In this document: positions 18,984 to 30,678 of the stretch, in pieces
Layout of the letters: every line of letters begins with the position of its first letter
Position numbering within the stretch: the first letter of the stretch is position 1
Notes under the pieces: generated by a model
What the model saw: the letters and a program-made list of their open reading frames with translations, nothing else
What the model was told of the DNA's origin: nothing
Database searches by the model: none
Source of the DNA: Cyclobacteriaceae bacterium
GTDB taxonomy: Bacteria > Bacteroidota > Bacteroidia > Cytophagales > Cyclobacteriaceae
NCBI GenBank assembly: GCA_020436085.1
Contig: JAGQYM010000015.1
Span: 3,190-67,189 of the forward strand
DNA: 64,000 nucleotides
Reading direction: 5' to 3'
Position numbers and translations under genes: made by a program

Positions 18984-20411
18984 TTAATTCGGATCGAGTG
19001 CGCGCATGGCACGACCATAGTAGGTCTCAGAAGTAATTCTGTGAGCAGCCTTGCGATAGGCATCCTTAACCGCACCACTGCCGTTTCGCACCTTAGGCGC
19101 TGCAGCTGTGAGTACCTCAGTTAAATAATGATCAGAATCTATTCTTTCTGCAGCTTGAAGAATACTGATAATACCTTCCTCATTAACATTTCTTGACAAG
19201 GCATCCTTCATTACCATCGAAGAGTAGTGATCACTGTCCAAATACGAGGCCCGTGAAATCAAGCGATTAAGAACCTGAGTTTCAATTTTTTGCCTCTCCA
19301 TCATTTCTTCAAGCACCACAGTACAGTAGTGATCTGAGTCGATAGAGCCAGTTAAGTCAATCAAGGTCAACTGTAAGTCTTCGGGAATAGGCTTGCTCAT
19401 GAGAGATTTCAGCACCTCAGTTTTATAATGATCAGAATCAATGTCTTTTATTGACTCAAGCGCTCGCTGAAAAGAAGTGTTTGATAAACCTTCCTTGTTA
19501 AGTGCCTTGTTAAGCACCACGCTCCTGTAATAGTCAGAGTCAATTGTGCGAGAGGCTATGATCATCTCCTGAACGATTTCGTCATTGAGATTGTCCTGGC
19601 GAAGTAAAGACGACAGCACCTCGGTTTTATAGTGATCCGAATCCATCTGGCCAGCCGACTTCATAATAATCTTCACGGCATCAAGCGAAACAGGCTGTGC
19701 TTCTAATCCCTGCTTGATCACCTCAGTGCGGTAGTGATCCGAATCCATTTCGTTGGTAGCGCGGAAAACAGCCTCCAGAGATTCTTTTGACTTGATAAAC
19801 TTATCCAGATTATCTTTCAGGAATCCAGCCAGATAGTGGTTGGAGTCAATGGTTGAAGCCAGCCCATCAATGATGCGGGGATAGTCTTTTTGATTGATAG
19901 GCCGCTTCATCAACAGGTTAGCATAATGCGCCTTCACATGATTGCTCTCCAACCTGTCAATTTCATTGAGTACAGCACTTGGCCCACCCTTTTTGAAGAA
20001 CCGCTCCACACGGCCGTCAGCGGCAATCGTAGTACTGCGCACCAACTCCGGTAATATTTCACCAAGCCAGGCCTTTCCGTCAGGCTCGAAATCTATTTTA
20101 GTTCTGCCCTCATAGTACTCCTTTTTTAAAGTACCGCCCTCGTTAGTGATCAGAATGACACGTCTGCTTCCAAAAACTGTTTTTTTGATTTCAAGATACC
20201 CATCCAATGACATGCTCTTAACATCACGGTCGTCATCGGTAAGCTCGATTTTACCCCTGGTCTCCACATCAAAACTGGATACCCCCGTGCGGTTCCGGAT
20301 TACAATCTTATTGTTGTCCCGCTGTACAAATACCTGATCATCCTGTGCATAAGCCGAGAACATCACGACAGATGCCAGCAGAAACGAATACGAAAACCTT
20401 GAAGTAGCCAT
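18984..20411 (-). CDS. Secreted alpha-helical repeat protein with about ten 35-aa DSDHY repeats
   Basis: Likely start is 20411 (MATSRFSYSFLLASVVMFSAYAQ, signal peptide). Repeats LESNHV, IDSNHY, MDSDHY x2, IDSDYY, IDSDHY x2, LDSDHY, IDSDHY, ITSETY. Confidence 0.8.
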   Translation of the reverse strand: MATSRFSYSFLLASVVMFSAYAQDDQVFVQRDNNKIVIRNRTGVSSFDVETRGKIELTDDDRDVKSMSLDGYLEIKKTVFGSRRVILITNEGGTLKKEYYEGRTKIDFEPDGKAWLGEILPELVRSTTIAADGRVERFFKKGGPSAVLNEIDRLESNHVKAHYANLLMKRPINQKDYPRIIDGLASTIDSNHYLAGFLKDNLDKFIKSKESLEAVFRATNEMDSDHYRTEVIKQGLEAQPVSLDAVKIIMKSAGQMDSDHYKTEVLSSLLRQDNLNDEIVQEMIIASRTIDSDYYRSVVLNKALNKEGLSNTSFQRALESIKDIDSDHYKTEVLKSLMSKPIPEDLQLTLIDLTGSIDSDHYCTVVLEEMMERQKIETQVLNRLISRASYLDSDHYSSMVMKDALSRNVNEEGIISILQAAERIDSDHYLTEVLTAAAPKVRNGSGAVKDAYRKAAHRITSETYYGRAMRALDPN

Positions 20412-20474
20412 TAGTGAAATCAATTTACACTGATATACACGCAAAACTGACATTTAGGTGCAGCCCCGACAAGC

Positions 20475-20507
20475 ATACTGAAGTGAGCTGCTGAAATACT
20501 GTAATGA
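20475..20507 (-). promoter_or_regulatory. Direct repeat with 21-bp period (candidate LytTR binding site)
   Basis: ATACTGAAGTGA (20475-20486) and ATACTGTAATGA (20496-20507) are 10/12 identical and lie upstream of the repeat-protein/LytS/LytR operon. Confidence 0.5.
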
Positions 20508-20679
20508 ATTGCATAATAAATCCCCTTCAAGACACCCAAAAAGACAGATTTTACTCCCGACCGATGTACTTTCCGCCAAATGATGACATTGACCATTCCT
20601 GTAAGGAACGGAGCCCGTTTTTTCTTCAAATTACTACCTTCACCGCCCGAAGTAAATTTCAAATCTATTTATGCGGTCG

Positions 20680-22317
20680 ATGTTAGCATACTCCTTTCGT
20701 ATCTGTTTTGTTCTGGCAGCATTAGTCGCGGCATTGCCAGCCTCGGCTCAGGACCTGGCGCCAGTTTCTGATACTTACGCCATCACAGGTGCCACGATTG
20801 TGCCGGCACCGGGGCAAAAAATTGAAAACGGAACAGTCTTAGTCCAAAATGGCCTGATTACAGGAGTGGGAAAAAATATTAGCATTCCTGCCGATGCAAT
20901 CATCATAAAGGCAGACTCGATGTTTGTATATGCAGGATTTATTGATGGCTATTCACATGTAGGTGTCAATCCCGACAATTCAGAAAAAAAGGAAAAAGTT
21001 AAATACCCCGGCAATCCACCACCAGGACGAGCAGGCATAACTCCCCAGGCAGACGTAAGAGACTTTATTAATCCCACTGATGCAAGTATTGCTGCACTAC
21101 GTGCACAGGGATTTACAGTGTCGCAGATAGTGCCACACGGCAATATGCTACCCGGACAAGCAGCCGTTGTACTCCTCAAGGGAGAAAAAGCGGATCAAGT
21201 AACCATCAGTGGCAACACTGCACTTTATTCTGAATTGTCTGGAACGCCCGGAGTTTACCCCTCTACTATAATGGGTGTAATGGCAAAGTGGCGGGAACTG
21301 TATCGTCAGGCTGCCCAAACAAAAAATTATCAAGCTCTATATGCTTCCAACCCGACCGGACTAGAACGGCCAGAGACAGATCGCACACTCGAAGCATTTT
21401 ATCCAGTTATCGATCGTAGACAGTCCGTATTGTTCAAATCAGAAAAAGTGTTGGAAATACAGCATGCATTAACGCTAAAGACTGACCTCGGCCTTCAAGT
21501 CATCCTGGGCGATCTGAAAGAAGGTTGGCCGATTATAAATAAGATAAAGAACTCAGGAGCTAAAGTACTCCTGTCATTGGACCTGCCAGCCGAAATGAAA
21601 AAAGAGGATAACGCAGAAAAGAAATCAGATGAAAGAAAAGCACTTGATAAAAGGAAAGCGGATGCAATCGCCAGCTCCACATCACAGGCCGCTCAGTTTG
21701 CAAAAGCAGGAATTGTATTTGGTTTTTCGGCAAACACTGTAAAACCAGCCGATGTAAGACCTAACCTCATGCGAATGATTGCATCCGGTTTATCAGAAGA
21801 AACCGCATTGGCAGCACTAACCACCACACCAGCTCAGATGCTGGGACTATCCAATCGCCTGGGTACAGTTGAAAACGGAAAAATTGCCAACCTGATTATT
21901 TCAGATGCCCCATACTTCAATAAAAAGTCAAAAATTAAATACGTGTTAGTAGAAGGCACACTCTTTTCAGTAGAGGATCGCCCAAAGGCCGACACAGGAA
22001 AAAAGGCAGACGTTAAAGGCAGTTGGAGTTATCAAACCGAAACACCGCAGGGAAAAGGTGATGGAAAGCTCGTAATCAAAAATGAAAACGGAAATTATTC
22101 CGGAACCATTACCAACAGCTTTTCCGGCAAGGAAACAGAAGTGAAAGATCTCGTAGTAAGCGGAAACAATATGTCCTTCAATTACACCATCGATGTCGGA
22201 GGCAATTCATTGAAGGTAGATGTCGCAGTTACCATAAGCGGTGACACCCTTGAAGGAAGCATGACTGCAGGACAGTATGGAACTTTCCCGCTCAACGGCA
22301 CTCGTGATCCAAAGTAG
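20680..22317 (+). CDS. Secreted amidohydrolase-fold protein lacking metal ligands, with C-terminal beta domain
   Basis: Amidohydrolase N/C motifs (YAITGATIV, GKNISIP, LGTVENGKIANL), but DxHxH reads DGYSH. Extra C-terminal domain begins GSWSYQTETPQG. Confidence 0.8.
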   Translation: MLAYSFRICFVLAALVAALPASAQDLAPVSDTYAITGATIVPAPGQKIENGTVLVQNGLITGVGKNISIPADAIIIKADSMFVYAGFIDGYSHVGVNPDNSEKKEKVKYPGNPPPGRAGITPQADVRDFINPTDASIAALRAQGFTVSQIVPHGNMLPGQAAVVLLKGEKADQVTISGNTALYSELSGTPGVYPSTIMGVMAKWRELYRQAAQTKNYQALYASNPTGLERPETDRTLEAFYPVIDRRQSVLFKSEKVLEIQHALTLKTDLGLQVILGDLKEGWPIINKIKNSGAKVLLSLDLPAEMKKEDNAEKKSDERKALDKRKADAIASSTSQAAQFAKAGIVFGFSANTVKPADVRPNLMRMIASGLSEETALAALTTTPAQMLGLSNRLGTVENGKIANLIISDAPYFNKKSKIKYVLVEGTLFSVEDRPKADTGKKADVKGSWSYQTETPQGKGDGKLVIKNENGNYSGTITNSFSGKETEVKDLVVSGNNMSFNYTIDVGGNSLKVDVAVTISGDTLEGSMTAGQYGTFPLNGTRDPK

Positions 22318-22338
22318 AACGTTAGAACGAAAGACATT

Positions 22339-23724
22339 ATGAAATCAAAATTGACATATCAAGTTTTATTGCTGGCGCTGACACTCGGCCTTACACATCA
22401 AAGTGCCGGCCAGGACAAAGGCACTATGCTCATTAAAAACGGAACGGTGCTTACCATAACCAAAGGCACATTGGAAAACACTGATGTGCTCATTCGCGAT
22501 GGAAAAATCAGTCAGGTGGGAAAAGGGTTGAAAGCTCCAAGCGGTGCCAAAGAGATTGATGCCACCGGCCTTTTTGTGATGCCCGGAATCATTGATGCCC
22601 ACTCACACATCGGTTTGGAATCGATCAACGAAGGAACCAGTCAGGTCACAGCCGAAGTTTGGCAAGGCGATGCGATTGATCCATTGCAAATGTCTATCTA
22701 CAGAGCACTGGCCGGAGGCTGCACTACATCCCACGCCATGCATGGTTCTGCGAATTCTATTGGAGGTCAGTGCCAAACAATCAAACACCGCTATGGAACA
22801 TTTCTGCCAGAAGAATTAATCATGCAAGGCGCGCCACGCACGATCAAGTTTGCACTTGGTGAAAATCCAACCAATCACGGTACGCGCGATGGCCTGCTTC
22901 CACAGACACGCATGGGCGTAGAGTTTGTAATACGTGAAGCATTCTCACAAGCAAAGGCGTATATGGCAGAGTGGGACAAGTACAATAAGAACAAGACTGC
23001 CAAAGGATTCAGAGGAGCACCACCGGAGTATAGCTACCGGCTTGAGACCCTCGGTGAGATTTTGAAAGGCAACATAATCATTCACTGTCACAGCTACCGC
23101 GCAGACGAAATTTATATGATGCTGAATGTGTGCAAAGATTTTGGAATCAAAAAAATAGTATTCCAACACGTCAACGAAGGATTTAAAGTAGCACCAGAGT
23201 TAGCAGCATACGGAGCAATGGCTTCTGTTTTTGCAGACTGGTGGGCCTACAAGTTTGAAGTATATTATTCAACAGCATACAACGCCACAATTTTAGTGCG
23301 CAATGGAGTTACCACCTCCATCAATTCAGACTCACCTGACCTGATTCGTCATCTGTATCACGAAGCGGGAAAAACTCAAAAGTACGGTGGACTCAGCGAT
23401 GATGAAGCATTGTCATTGATCACCATCAATCCCGCAAAACAGTTAGGCATTGAAAGCAGAGTAGGTTCTATTGAAGTAGGTAAAGAGGGAGATATTACCA
23501 TATTCAAAAACCACCCGCTTTCAATCTACGGTGTCCCACAATATTCAATCGTGGATGGCATTGTGAGATTCGATCGTGAAAAAGATCCGGCAGACATGAG
23601 GCTACTGCCAGACCCGAAAGCGGAGATAGACGTAACACTGCATGGTCAATATGACGAAGGACATGACAACTGTTTGCAGGATGTGGAGTATTTGTTCAAT
23701 GATCTGGTAGGACTAAAAAATTAA
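22339..23724 (+). CDS. Secreted metal-dependent amidohydrolase (imidazolonepropionase-like superfamily)
   Basis: PGIIDAHSH, HCHSYRADE, FQHVNEG, INSDS, GSIEVGKEGD. Confidence 0.88.
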   Translation: MKSKLTYQVLLLALTLGLTHQSAGQDKGTMLIKNGTVLTITKGTLENTDVLIRDGKISQVGKGLKAPSGAKEIDATGLFVMPGIIDAHSHIGLESINEGTSQVTAEVWQGDAIDPLQMSIYRALAGGCTTSHAMHGSANSIGGQCQTIKHRYGTFLPEELIMQGAPRTIKFALGENPTNHGTRDGLLPQTRMGVEFVIREAFSQAKAYMAEWDKYNKNKTAKGFRGAPPEYSYRLETLGEILKGNIIIHCHSYRADEIYMMLNVCKDFGIKKIVFQHVNEGFKVAPELAAYGAMASVFADWWAYKFEVYYSTAYNATILVRNGVTTSINSDSPDLIRHLYHEAGKTQKYGGLSDDEALSLITINPAKQLGIESRVGSIEVGKEGDITIFKNHPLSIYGVPQYSIVDGIVRFDREKDPADMRLLPDPKAEIDVTLHGQYDEGHDNCLQDVEYLFNDLVGLKN

Positions 23725-23731
23725 ACAAGAG

Positions 23732-25042
23732 ATGAAGAATCGTTTTCATATAGTATTAGGAGCCATCACTACGATAGTAATCGGATTGATTTGGCAGACT
23801 GAGGCACAGAGCCCAAAAGGTAAGACCGGGACGTTCGCATTAACCAACGCGACCATTGAGACCATCACGAAAGGTACCATTGCCAACGGCACAGTTATTC
23901 TGAAAGGCGGCAAGATTGTAGAAGTGGGAACTTCAGTTGCGATTCCATCCGATGCAGAAGTGATCGATTGCAATGGCTTGAAGATTTATCCAGGTATGAT
24001 TGACGGAGGCACCACCGTTGGTCTATCTGAGGTTGGTTCAGATAAAAAGACACAAGACTTCAATGAAGCGGGCGAGGTAGTACCGCAGGTGAAAGCATTG
24101 ACGGCAGTAAATCCCAATTCAGCAGTCATACCAGTTACTCGCGTAAGCGGTGTCACCACCGTGATTGCAAAACCTGACGGAGGATTGTTTCCTGGAACAG
24201 CAGCATTAATCAACTTGTTTGGATACACTCCCGATCAAATGTATGCGGGTTTCGAGGGAGTGGTGATGAATTTCCCCAATACCGGAAGGCGAGGTTTCTT
24301 TGATAGAAGAAGTGATGATGAGATAAAGAAAGCTGCGGAGAAGTCATTGAAAAAACTGGATGAGGTTTGGGATAAGGCAGTTCAGTATCACAAACTCGAT
24401 TCAGCAATGAAAGGAAAGGGATTAGACTACTACCCTGAAATGGAGGCGTTGCTTCCCGTAGTGCGAGGTGAGAGAATGTTGATGATAGAAGTCAATGCGG
24501 CAAAAGATATTCAGGCTGTGCTCAAGTGGGTGGCAGATCGAAAGATCAGGAAAGTAGCACTTACGGGAGTAACCGAAGGATGGAGAGTGGCAGACGAAAT
24601 AGCGAAAGCAAAAATTCCGGTGATCACGGGTCCTGTGATAGCCATACCTACACGCGACTACGATCGCTACGATCAGATATATGCAAATCCTGGTTTAATG
24701 AAAAAGGCTGGAGTGAAGGTTGCTATACGCACTGCTGGTACAGAGAACGTGAGAAACCTACCCTACCATGCAGGCTTCGCAGCTGCTTATGGTATGAGCA
24801 AAGAAGATGCTCTCCGCGCAATCACAATAGAGCCAGCAGAAATTCTTGGTGTGAATGACAAACTGGGGTCGGTGGAAAAGGGAAAGAACGCCACTTTGAT
24901 TGTTTGTGATGGTGACCCCATGGAAACAAAGACACAAATCAAGTACGTGTTTATCGATGGCTGGATGGTGCCTATGGTCAGCCGTCAGACTTTGCTCTAT
25001 GATGAGTTCCTAAAGCGTGAGCCCGGAGTGAGCAAAAACTAA
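23732..25042 (+). CDS. Secreted amidohydrolase-fold protein lacking metal ligands
   Basis: FALTNATIETIT, IYPGMIDGGTTVG (no His), LGSVEKGKNATL, GDPME. Confidence 0.82.
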   Translation: MKNRFHIVLGAITTIVIGLIWQTEAQSPKGKTGTFALTNATIETITKGTIANGTVILKGGKIVEVGTSVAIPSDAEVIDCNGLKIYPGMIDGGTTVGLSEVGSDKKTQDFNEAGEVVPQVKALTAVNPNSAVIPVTRVSGVTTVIAKPDGGLFPGTAALINLFGYTPDQMYAGFEGVVMNFPNTGRRGFFDRRSDDEIKKAAEKSLKKLDEVWDKAVQYHKLDSAMKGKGLDYYPEMEALLPVVRGERMLMIEVNAAKDIQAVLKWVADRKIRKVALTGVTEGWRVADEIAKAKIPVITGPVIAIPTRDYDRYDQIYANPGLMKKAGVKVAIRTAGTENVRNLPYHAGFAAAYGMSKEDALRAITIEPAEILGVNDKLGSVEKGKNATLIVCDGDPMETKTQIKYVFIDGWMVPMVSRQTLLYDEFLKREPGVSKN

Positions 25043-25827
25043 ACAGCTCTCTGTCTCAGTGCCTCGAACACAACAATCGCGGCACTGACTGATACATTCA
25101 TTGAGTCGATGGTTCCCTTCATAGGAATGATGATGTTCGAGTCTGAGTTTTTAACCCATGTCTCAGACAATCCTTTTGCTTCACTTCCCATCACAATTGC
25201 ACACGGTCGGTTGAAATCAACTTTGGTGTATGGGATGGATGCTTCAAGGTAGGTGCAGTATATCCTGATGCTGTTCTTCTTTAGCCAGGCGATTGTATCT
25301 TCTGAGGAGGCGGAGGCAATCTGATTGGTGAACACACCACCAAGGCTAGATCTCACCGTATTGGGGTTGTAAAAATCTGTTTCAGCATCGCAGCTGATCA
25401 CGGCATCAACTCCGGCAGCATCGGCTGTGCGTAGTACCGCGCCAAGATTACCCGGCTTTTCAACAGATTCAAGAACAATGATTAGCGGTTTAGCGCCAAG
25501 GTTAATATCCTCAAGACGATTTCGTTTTTGCTGAGCAACAGCCACCACTCCACCTGTTGTCTCTCGGTAGGCGATTTTCTCAAACACCCCCTTACTTACC
25601 GGGACTAAACTTTGACGGTCGAACCCCTGTTTCATTAATTCAGATTCGTCAGTAATGTCTGGGCAGTAAAACATGTTGATGAATTGATAGCCCGCTGCCT
25701 TCGCGAGGAGTAGTTCTCTCCGGCCCTCAATAATAAACTGTTCTTGTTTCTTGCGCTCCCGCGCCTTCTCCAATGACATCAGGTGTTTTATCTTTGGATT
25801 GCTGGCGCTGCTCAAAAGTGGGTTCAT
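25039..25827 (-). CDS. TrmH/SpoU-family RNA methyltransferase
   Basis: SASNPKIK, FIIEG, EKPGNLGAVLRTADAAG, IVMGSEAKGL, IIPMKGTIDSMNVSVSAAI. Confidence 0.93.
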   Translation of the reverse strand: MNPLLSSASNPKIKHLMSLEKARERKKQEQFIIEGRRELLLAKAAGYQFINMFYCPDITDESELMKQGFDRQSLVPVSKGVFEKIAYRETTGGVVAVAQQKRNRLEDINLGAKPLIIVLESVEKPGNLGAVLRTADAAGVDAVISCDAETDFYNPNTVRSSLGGVFTNQIASASSEDTIAWLKKNSIRIYCTYLEASIPYTKVDFNRPCAIVMGSEAKGLSETWVKNSDSNIIIPMKGTIDSMNVSVSAAIVVFEALRQRAV

Positions 25828-25947
25828 CAGGTGTTTTGTAAGGTTTTCGCAGATTTTAATACATGGCTGCGATTACTCAATTTAGACCTCCAATAAAGGC
25901 TAAAAGCTTCGTAAATTTCGGACAATTCTATTTGTATTTTGGGCTAG

Positions 25948-27843
25948 ATGGGCTTGAAGGTCTATATATTTTTAATCCTCTTTTCGGCATCCGCGCTTGT
26001 TTTGGCGCAAGATATTGACAGCCTTAAGGTAGTGCTGGAGCCTATGCCTGCAGGCGAAGCTCGTGTCGACTTGCTCAACCGAATCACAACCCAATTAAGA
26101 GAAAGAAACATCTACACGGCCGTAAAATATGGGACCGAGGCCCGTTCATTGGCTCAAAAACTCGATTATGACAAAGGATTAGCTGTCGCTCTGGAAAACC
26201 TCGGGTGGATTTACTATCGCAGGGGTATCTATTCCAACGCTTTTGAGCTATCACAGCAGGCTCTGGATATCAACAAGCAGCTGGGAGATTCTGTTGCTGT
26301 CGCACGTTGCCTTAACAATGTGGGGGCTATTAGTTATGAGAAAGGACAGTATGCTGAAGCTATCAATCATTTTGGCAATGGCTATCGGATGGCCGAACAG
26401 ATGGGAGATGAGGAGACCGTGGTGCGAAGTTTAAATAACGTTGCCTTTTCTTACCTGTCTCTTAAGAACCTAGATTCCGCCCGGTTTTATGCGAATATAG
26501 CTTTGGAACATAGTCATATCAACAGACAGGGTTATATGCCTGCGTTCAGCTATCGAATTCTGGGCGACATAGCCACCGAACAGGGCGACCTTCAGGAGGC
26601 ACTAAAACAATACACCGAGGCCGTAAGGATAAGCGAAGACACAGATAACTATTTCATCATGGCATCAACGCTTCATCGTATTGGGAAGGTTTACACTCAG
26701 CAAAAGAACTACGGAAGAGCGCTCGAAGTACTCAACCGAAATGCAAAAATTGCCAGAGAGAATGGGTACGCGGATGAATTGGAAAGAACGTATAAGTTGA
26801 TTTCTGACATTAATAACTCAATGAATAAAAAGGATCTCGCTTTCGATTATCTGAAGCGACACCTTGAAATCCATGATAGTCTCATCAATCAGAGGACCAG
26901 CGAACAACTGGCTTTACTCAATGCCCAATTTGAATCTGAGCTCAAACAATCTCAGATCGAATTACTAACCCAGGAATCCAAAGCCAAAGAAGAAGAACTC
27001 AGCAGCCAGAAGGCTTGGGGGTATATCTACATTGGTTTTTTTATTGTCGGTTTAATGATTGCAATTATCCTGTACTACAGCAACAAACGAATCAAAAAAG
27101 TAAATCAACAACTTGAAGAAAAGACAGAAGAGGTGGGTATGCAAGCTGCTCAGCTTAGCAGCATCAATAAAACAAAAGACAAATTACTGTCGATCATCAG
27201 CCATGATATCAGGAGCCCTTTGTCAAGCTTGCGAGGTATGCTGAGCATAGCCCAGAGTGGAAACGTAACTACTGACGAATTTGCAAAACTCACCACCCGT
27301 ATCGGAAGCCAGCTTGATTCAGTGTATGATGATCTGGGTAATCTGCTTCAGTGGACTCAGTCTCAACTCCAGGGGCTTAATGTCAAGCCGGAAAAGTTCG
27401 ATCTGATGGCTGTGAGTGACGATGTTGTTGATCTCTTTCAGACTACGGCTAAAGCAAAAAACATTGTGCTAACAAATAAGATCAAGGCGGTGACTTACGT
27501 AATGGCGGACGTTAACCATGTTCGGATCATCCTTCGGAATTTTATTTCTAACGCCATTAAGTTCAGTGGAGAAGGAGGAACGATTGAGATATTCATGTCG
27601 GATCAAAATGAAATGGTTAAAGTGTCGGTCAAAGATGACGGTACGGGTATCAGTGATGAAGACATCCCGAAATTATTTAATTCAAGCGCTCATTTTTCCA
27701 GGTCTGGAACTGCGAATGAAAAAGGGATGGGTGTGGGTTTATTGTTGACCAAAGAGTTTGTGGAAAAAAATGATGGAAAAGTGACAGTGGAAAGTGAGCA
27801 AGGTAAGGGCTCCACTTTTTCATTTACCATCAAGCGTGCCTAG
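25948..27843 (+). CDS. TPR-repeat sensor histidine kinase (orphan)
   Basis: N-terminal TPRs, a TM segment, H-box IISHDIRSPL, RNFISNAIKFS, DDGTGI, GTANEKGMGVGL, GKGSTFSF. Confidence 0.92.
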   Translation: MGLKVYIFLILFSASALVLAQDIDSLKVVLEPMPAGEARVDLLNRITTQLRERNIYTAVKYGTEARSLAQKLDYDKGLAVALENLGWIYYRRGIYSNAFELSQQALDINKQLGDSVAVARCLNNVGAISYEKGQYAEAINHFGNGYRMAEQMGDEETVVRSLNNVAFSYLSLKNLDSARFYANIALEHSHINRQGYMPAFSYRILGDIATEQGDLQEALKQYTEAVRISEDTDNYFIMASTLHRIGKVYTQQKNYGRALEVLNRNAKIARENGYADELERTYKLISDINNSMNKKDLAFDYLKRHLEIHDSLINQRTSEQLALLNAQFESELKQSQIELLTQESKAKEEELSSQKAWGYIYIGFFIVGLMIAIILYYSNKRIKKVNQQLEEKTEEVGMQAAQLSSINKTKDKLLSIISHDIRSPLSSLRGMLSIAQSGNVTTDEFAKLTTRIGSQLDSVYDDLGNLLQWTQSQLQGLNVKPEKFDLMAVSDDVVDLFQTTAKAKNIVLTNKIKAVTYVMADVNHVRIILRNFISNAIKFSGEGGTIEIFMSDQNEMVKVSVKDDGTGISDEDIPKLFNSSAHFSRSGTANEKGMGVGLLLTKEFVEKNDGKVTVESEQGKGSTFSFTIKRA

Positions 27844-27882
27844 TCGCTTGTTACTTTCTTAAATCACCAATACCTTTCGCTA

Positions 27883-28770
27883 ATGTTAATGCGTGATCCG
27901 TCTGGGTGGAAAGCCTATGAGTTGCTCGACTCTGGCAACTTCGAAAAACTGGAACGTTTTGGCGATTATATTTTAGTTCGGCCCGAACCTCAGGCCATAT
28001 GGGATGCCAGCCTGCCAGCCAGCGAATGGAACAAAGCTGATGCGCGTTTCGATCGGGAGCAGAAAGACAGATATCGTTTTAGTGATGATGCAAAAGGAGG
28101 GTGGAAGAAGAAATCTAAAATGCCCGACAGTTGGAATATCAATTACACACACAACAACCTAGTGCTCATCCTACGACTGGCATTAACAAGCTTTGGCCAC
28201 GTTGGTATTTTTCCGGAGCAGGCAAATAACTGGGATTTTATTTTCGACACAGTAAAAAGCTGGAATAGTAAAGGCAGAGTACTCAACCTTTTTGCTTACA
28301 CCGGTGCTGCTTCCGTAGCAGCACGAATGGCAGGTGCAGAAGTAACTCACGTTGACTCTTCGCGGCCAGGACTCAATTGGGCAAATCAAAACATGCAGCT
28401 CAACAAACTAGATAACATCCGATGGGTGCATGAAGATGCACTCAAGTTTGTAAGGCGCGAAGTGAAGAGAGGCAACCGCTACAACGGAATAGTCATGGAC
28501 CCGCCACCCTATGGCCGAGGACCTGATGGGGAAAAATGGACCCTACAAGAAAAACTTAGCGAACTGGTAAAGCAAAGCAGCGATCTGCTTGAAGAAAATA
28601 ACCGATTCTTTATTTTAAGCATGTATGCCGTTGGCTTGTCTGCTCAGGTTGGCTTGAACGTTGTCCGTTCACATTTTGGCAACATTGAGCCAGAGTTTGG
28701 AGAATTCTACCTCAAGCCAGCTTCCCAAATGCATCTCCCGATGGGAACCTTTTTGAGGTTCAGAAGTTAA
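27883..28770 (+). CDS. Class I SAM-dependent methyltransferase (RlmI/RlmK-like)
   Basis: YELLDSGNFEKLERFG, GIFPEQ, VLNLFAYTGAAS, HVDSS, MDPPPYGRGP. Confidence 0.88.
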   Translation: MLMRDPSGWKAYELLDSGNFEKLERFGDYILVRPEPQAIWDASLPASEWNKADARFDREQKDRYRFSDDAKGGWKKKSKMPDSWNINYTHNNLVLILRLALTSFGHVGIFPEQANNWDFIFDTVKSWNSKGRVLNLFAYTGAASVAARMAGAEVTHVDSSRPGLNWANQNMQLNKLDNIRWVHEDALKFVRREVKRGNRYNGIVMDPPPYGRGPDGEKWTLQEKLSELVKQSSDLLEENNRFFILSMYAVGLSAQVGLNVVRSHFGNIEPEFGEFYLKPASQMHLPMGTFLRFRS

Positions 28771-28806
28771 ATTCTAGGGCGCCCTGACTAATCATTAAAT
28801 TAACCC

Positions 28807-28814
28807 TATCTTTG
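28807..28814 (+). promoter_or_regulatory. Bacteroidota -7 promoter box upstream of typA
   Basis: TATCTTTG matches TAnnTTTG, about 40 nt upstream of the ATG. Confidence 0.6.
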
Positions 28815-28854
28815 CGGCCTCAAAACTGACTTTAGCAAAGAATTACGCGTTTTT

Positions 28855-30670
<1,816 letters not shown>

Positions 30671-30678
<8 letters not shown>

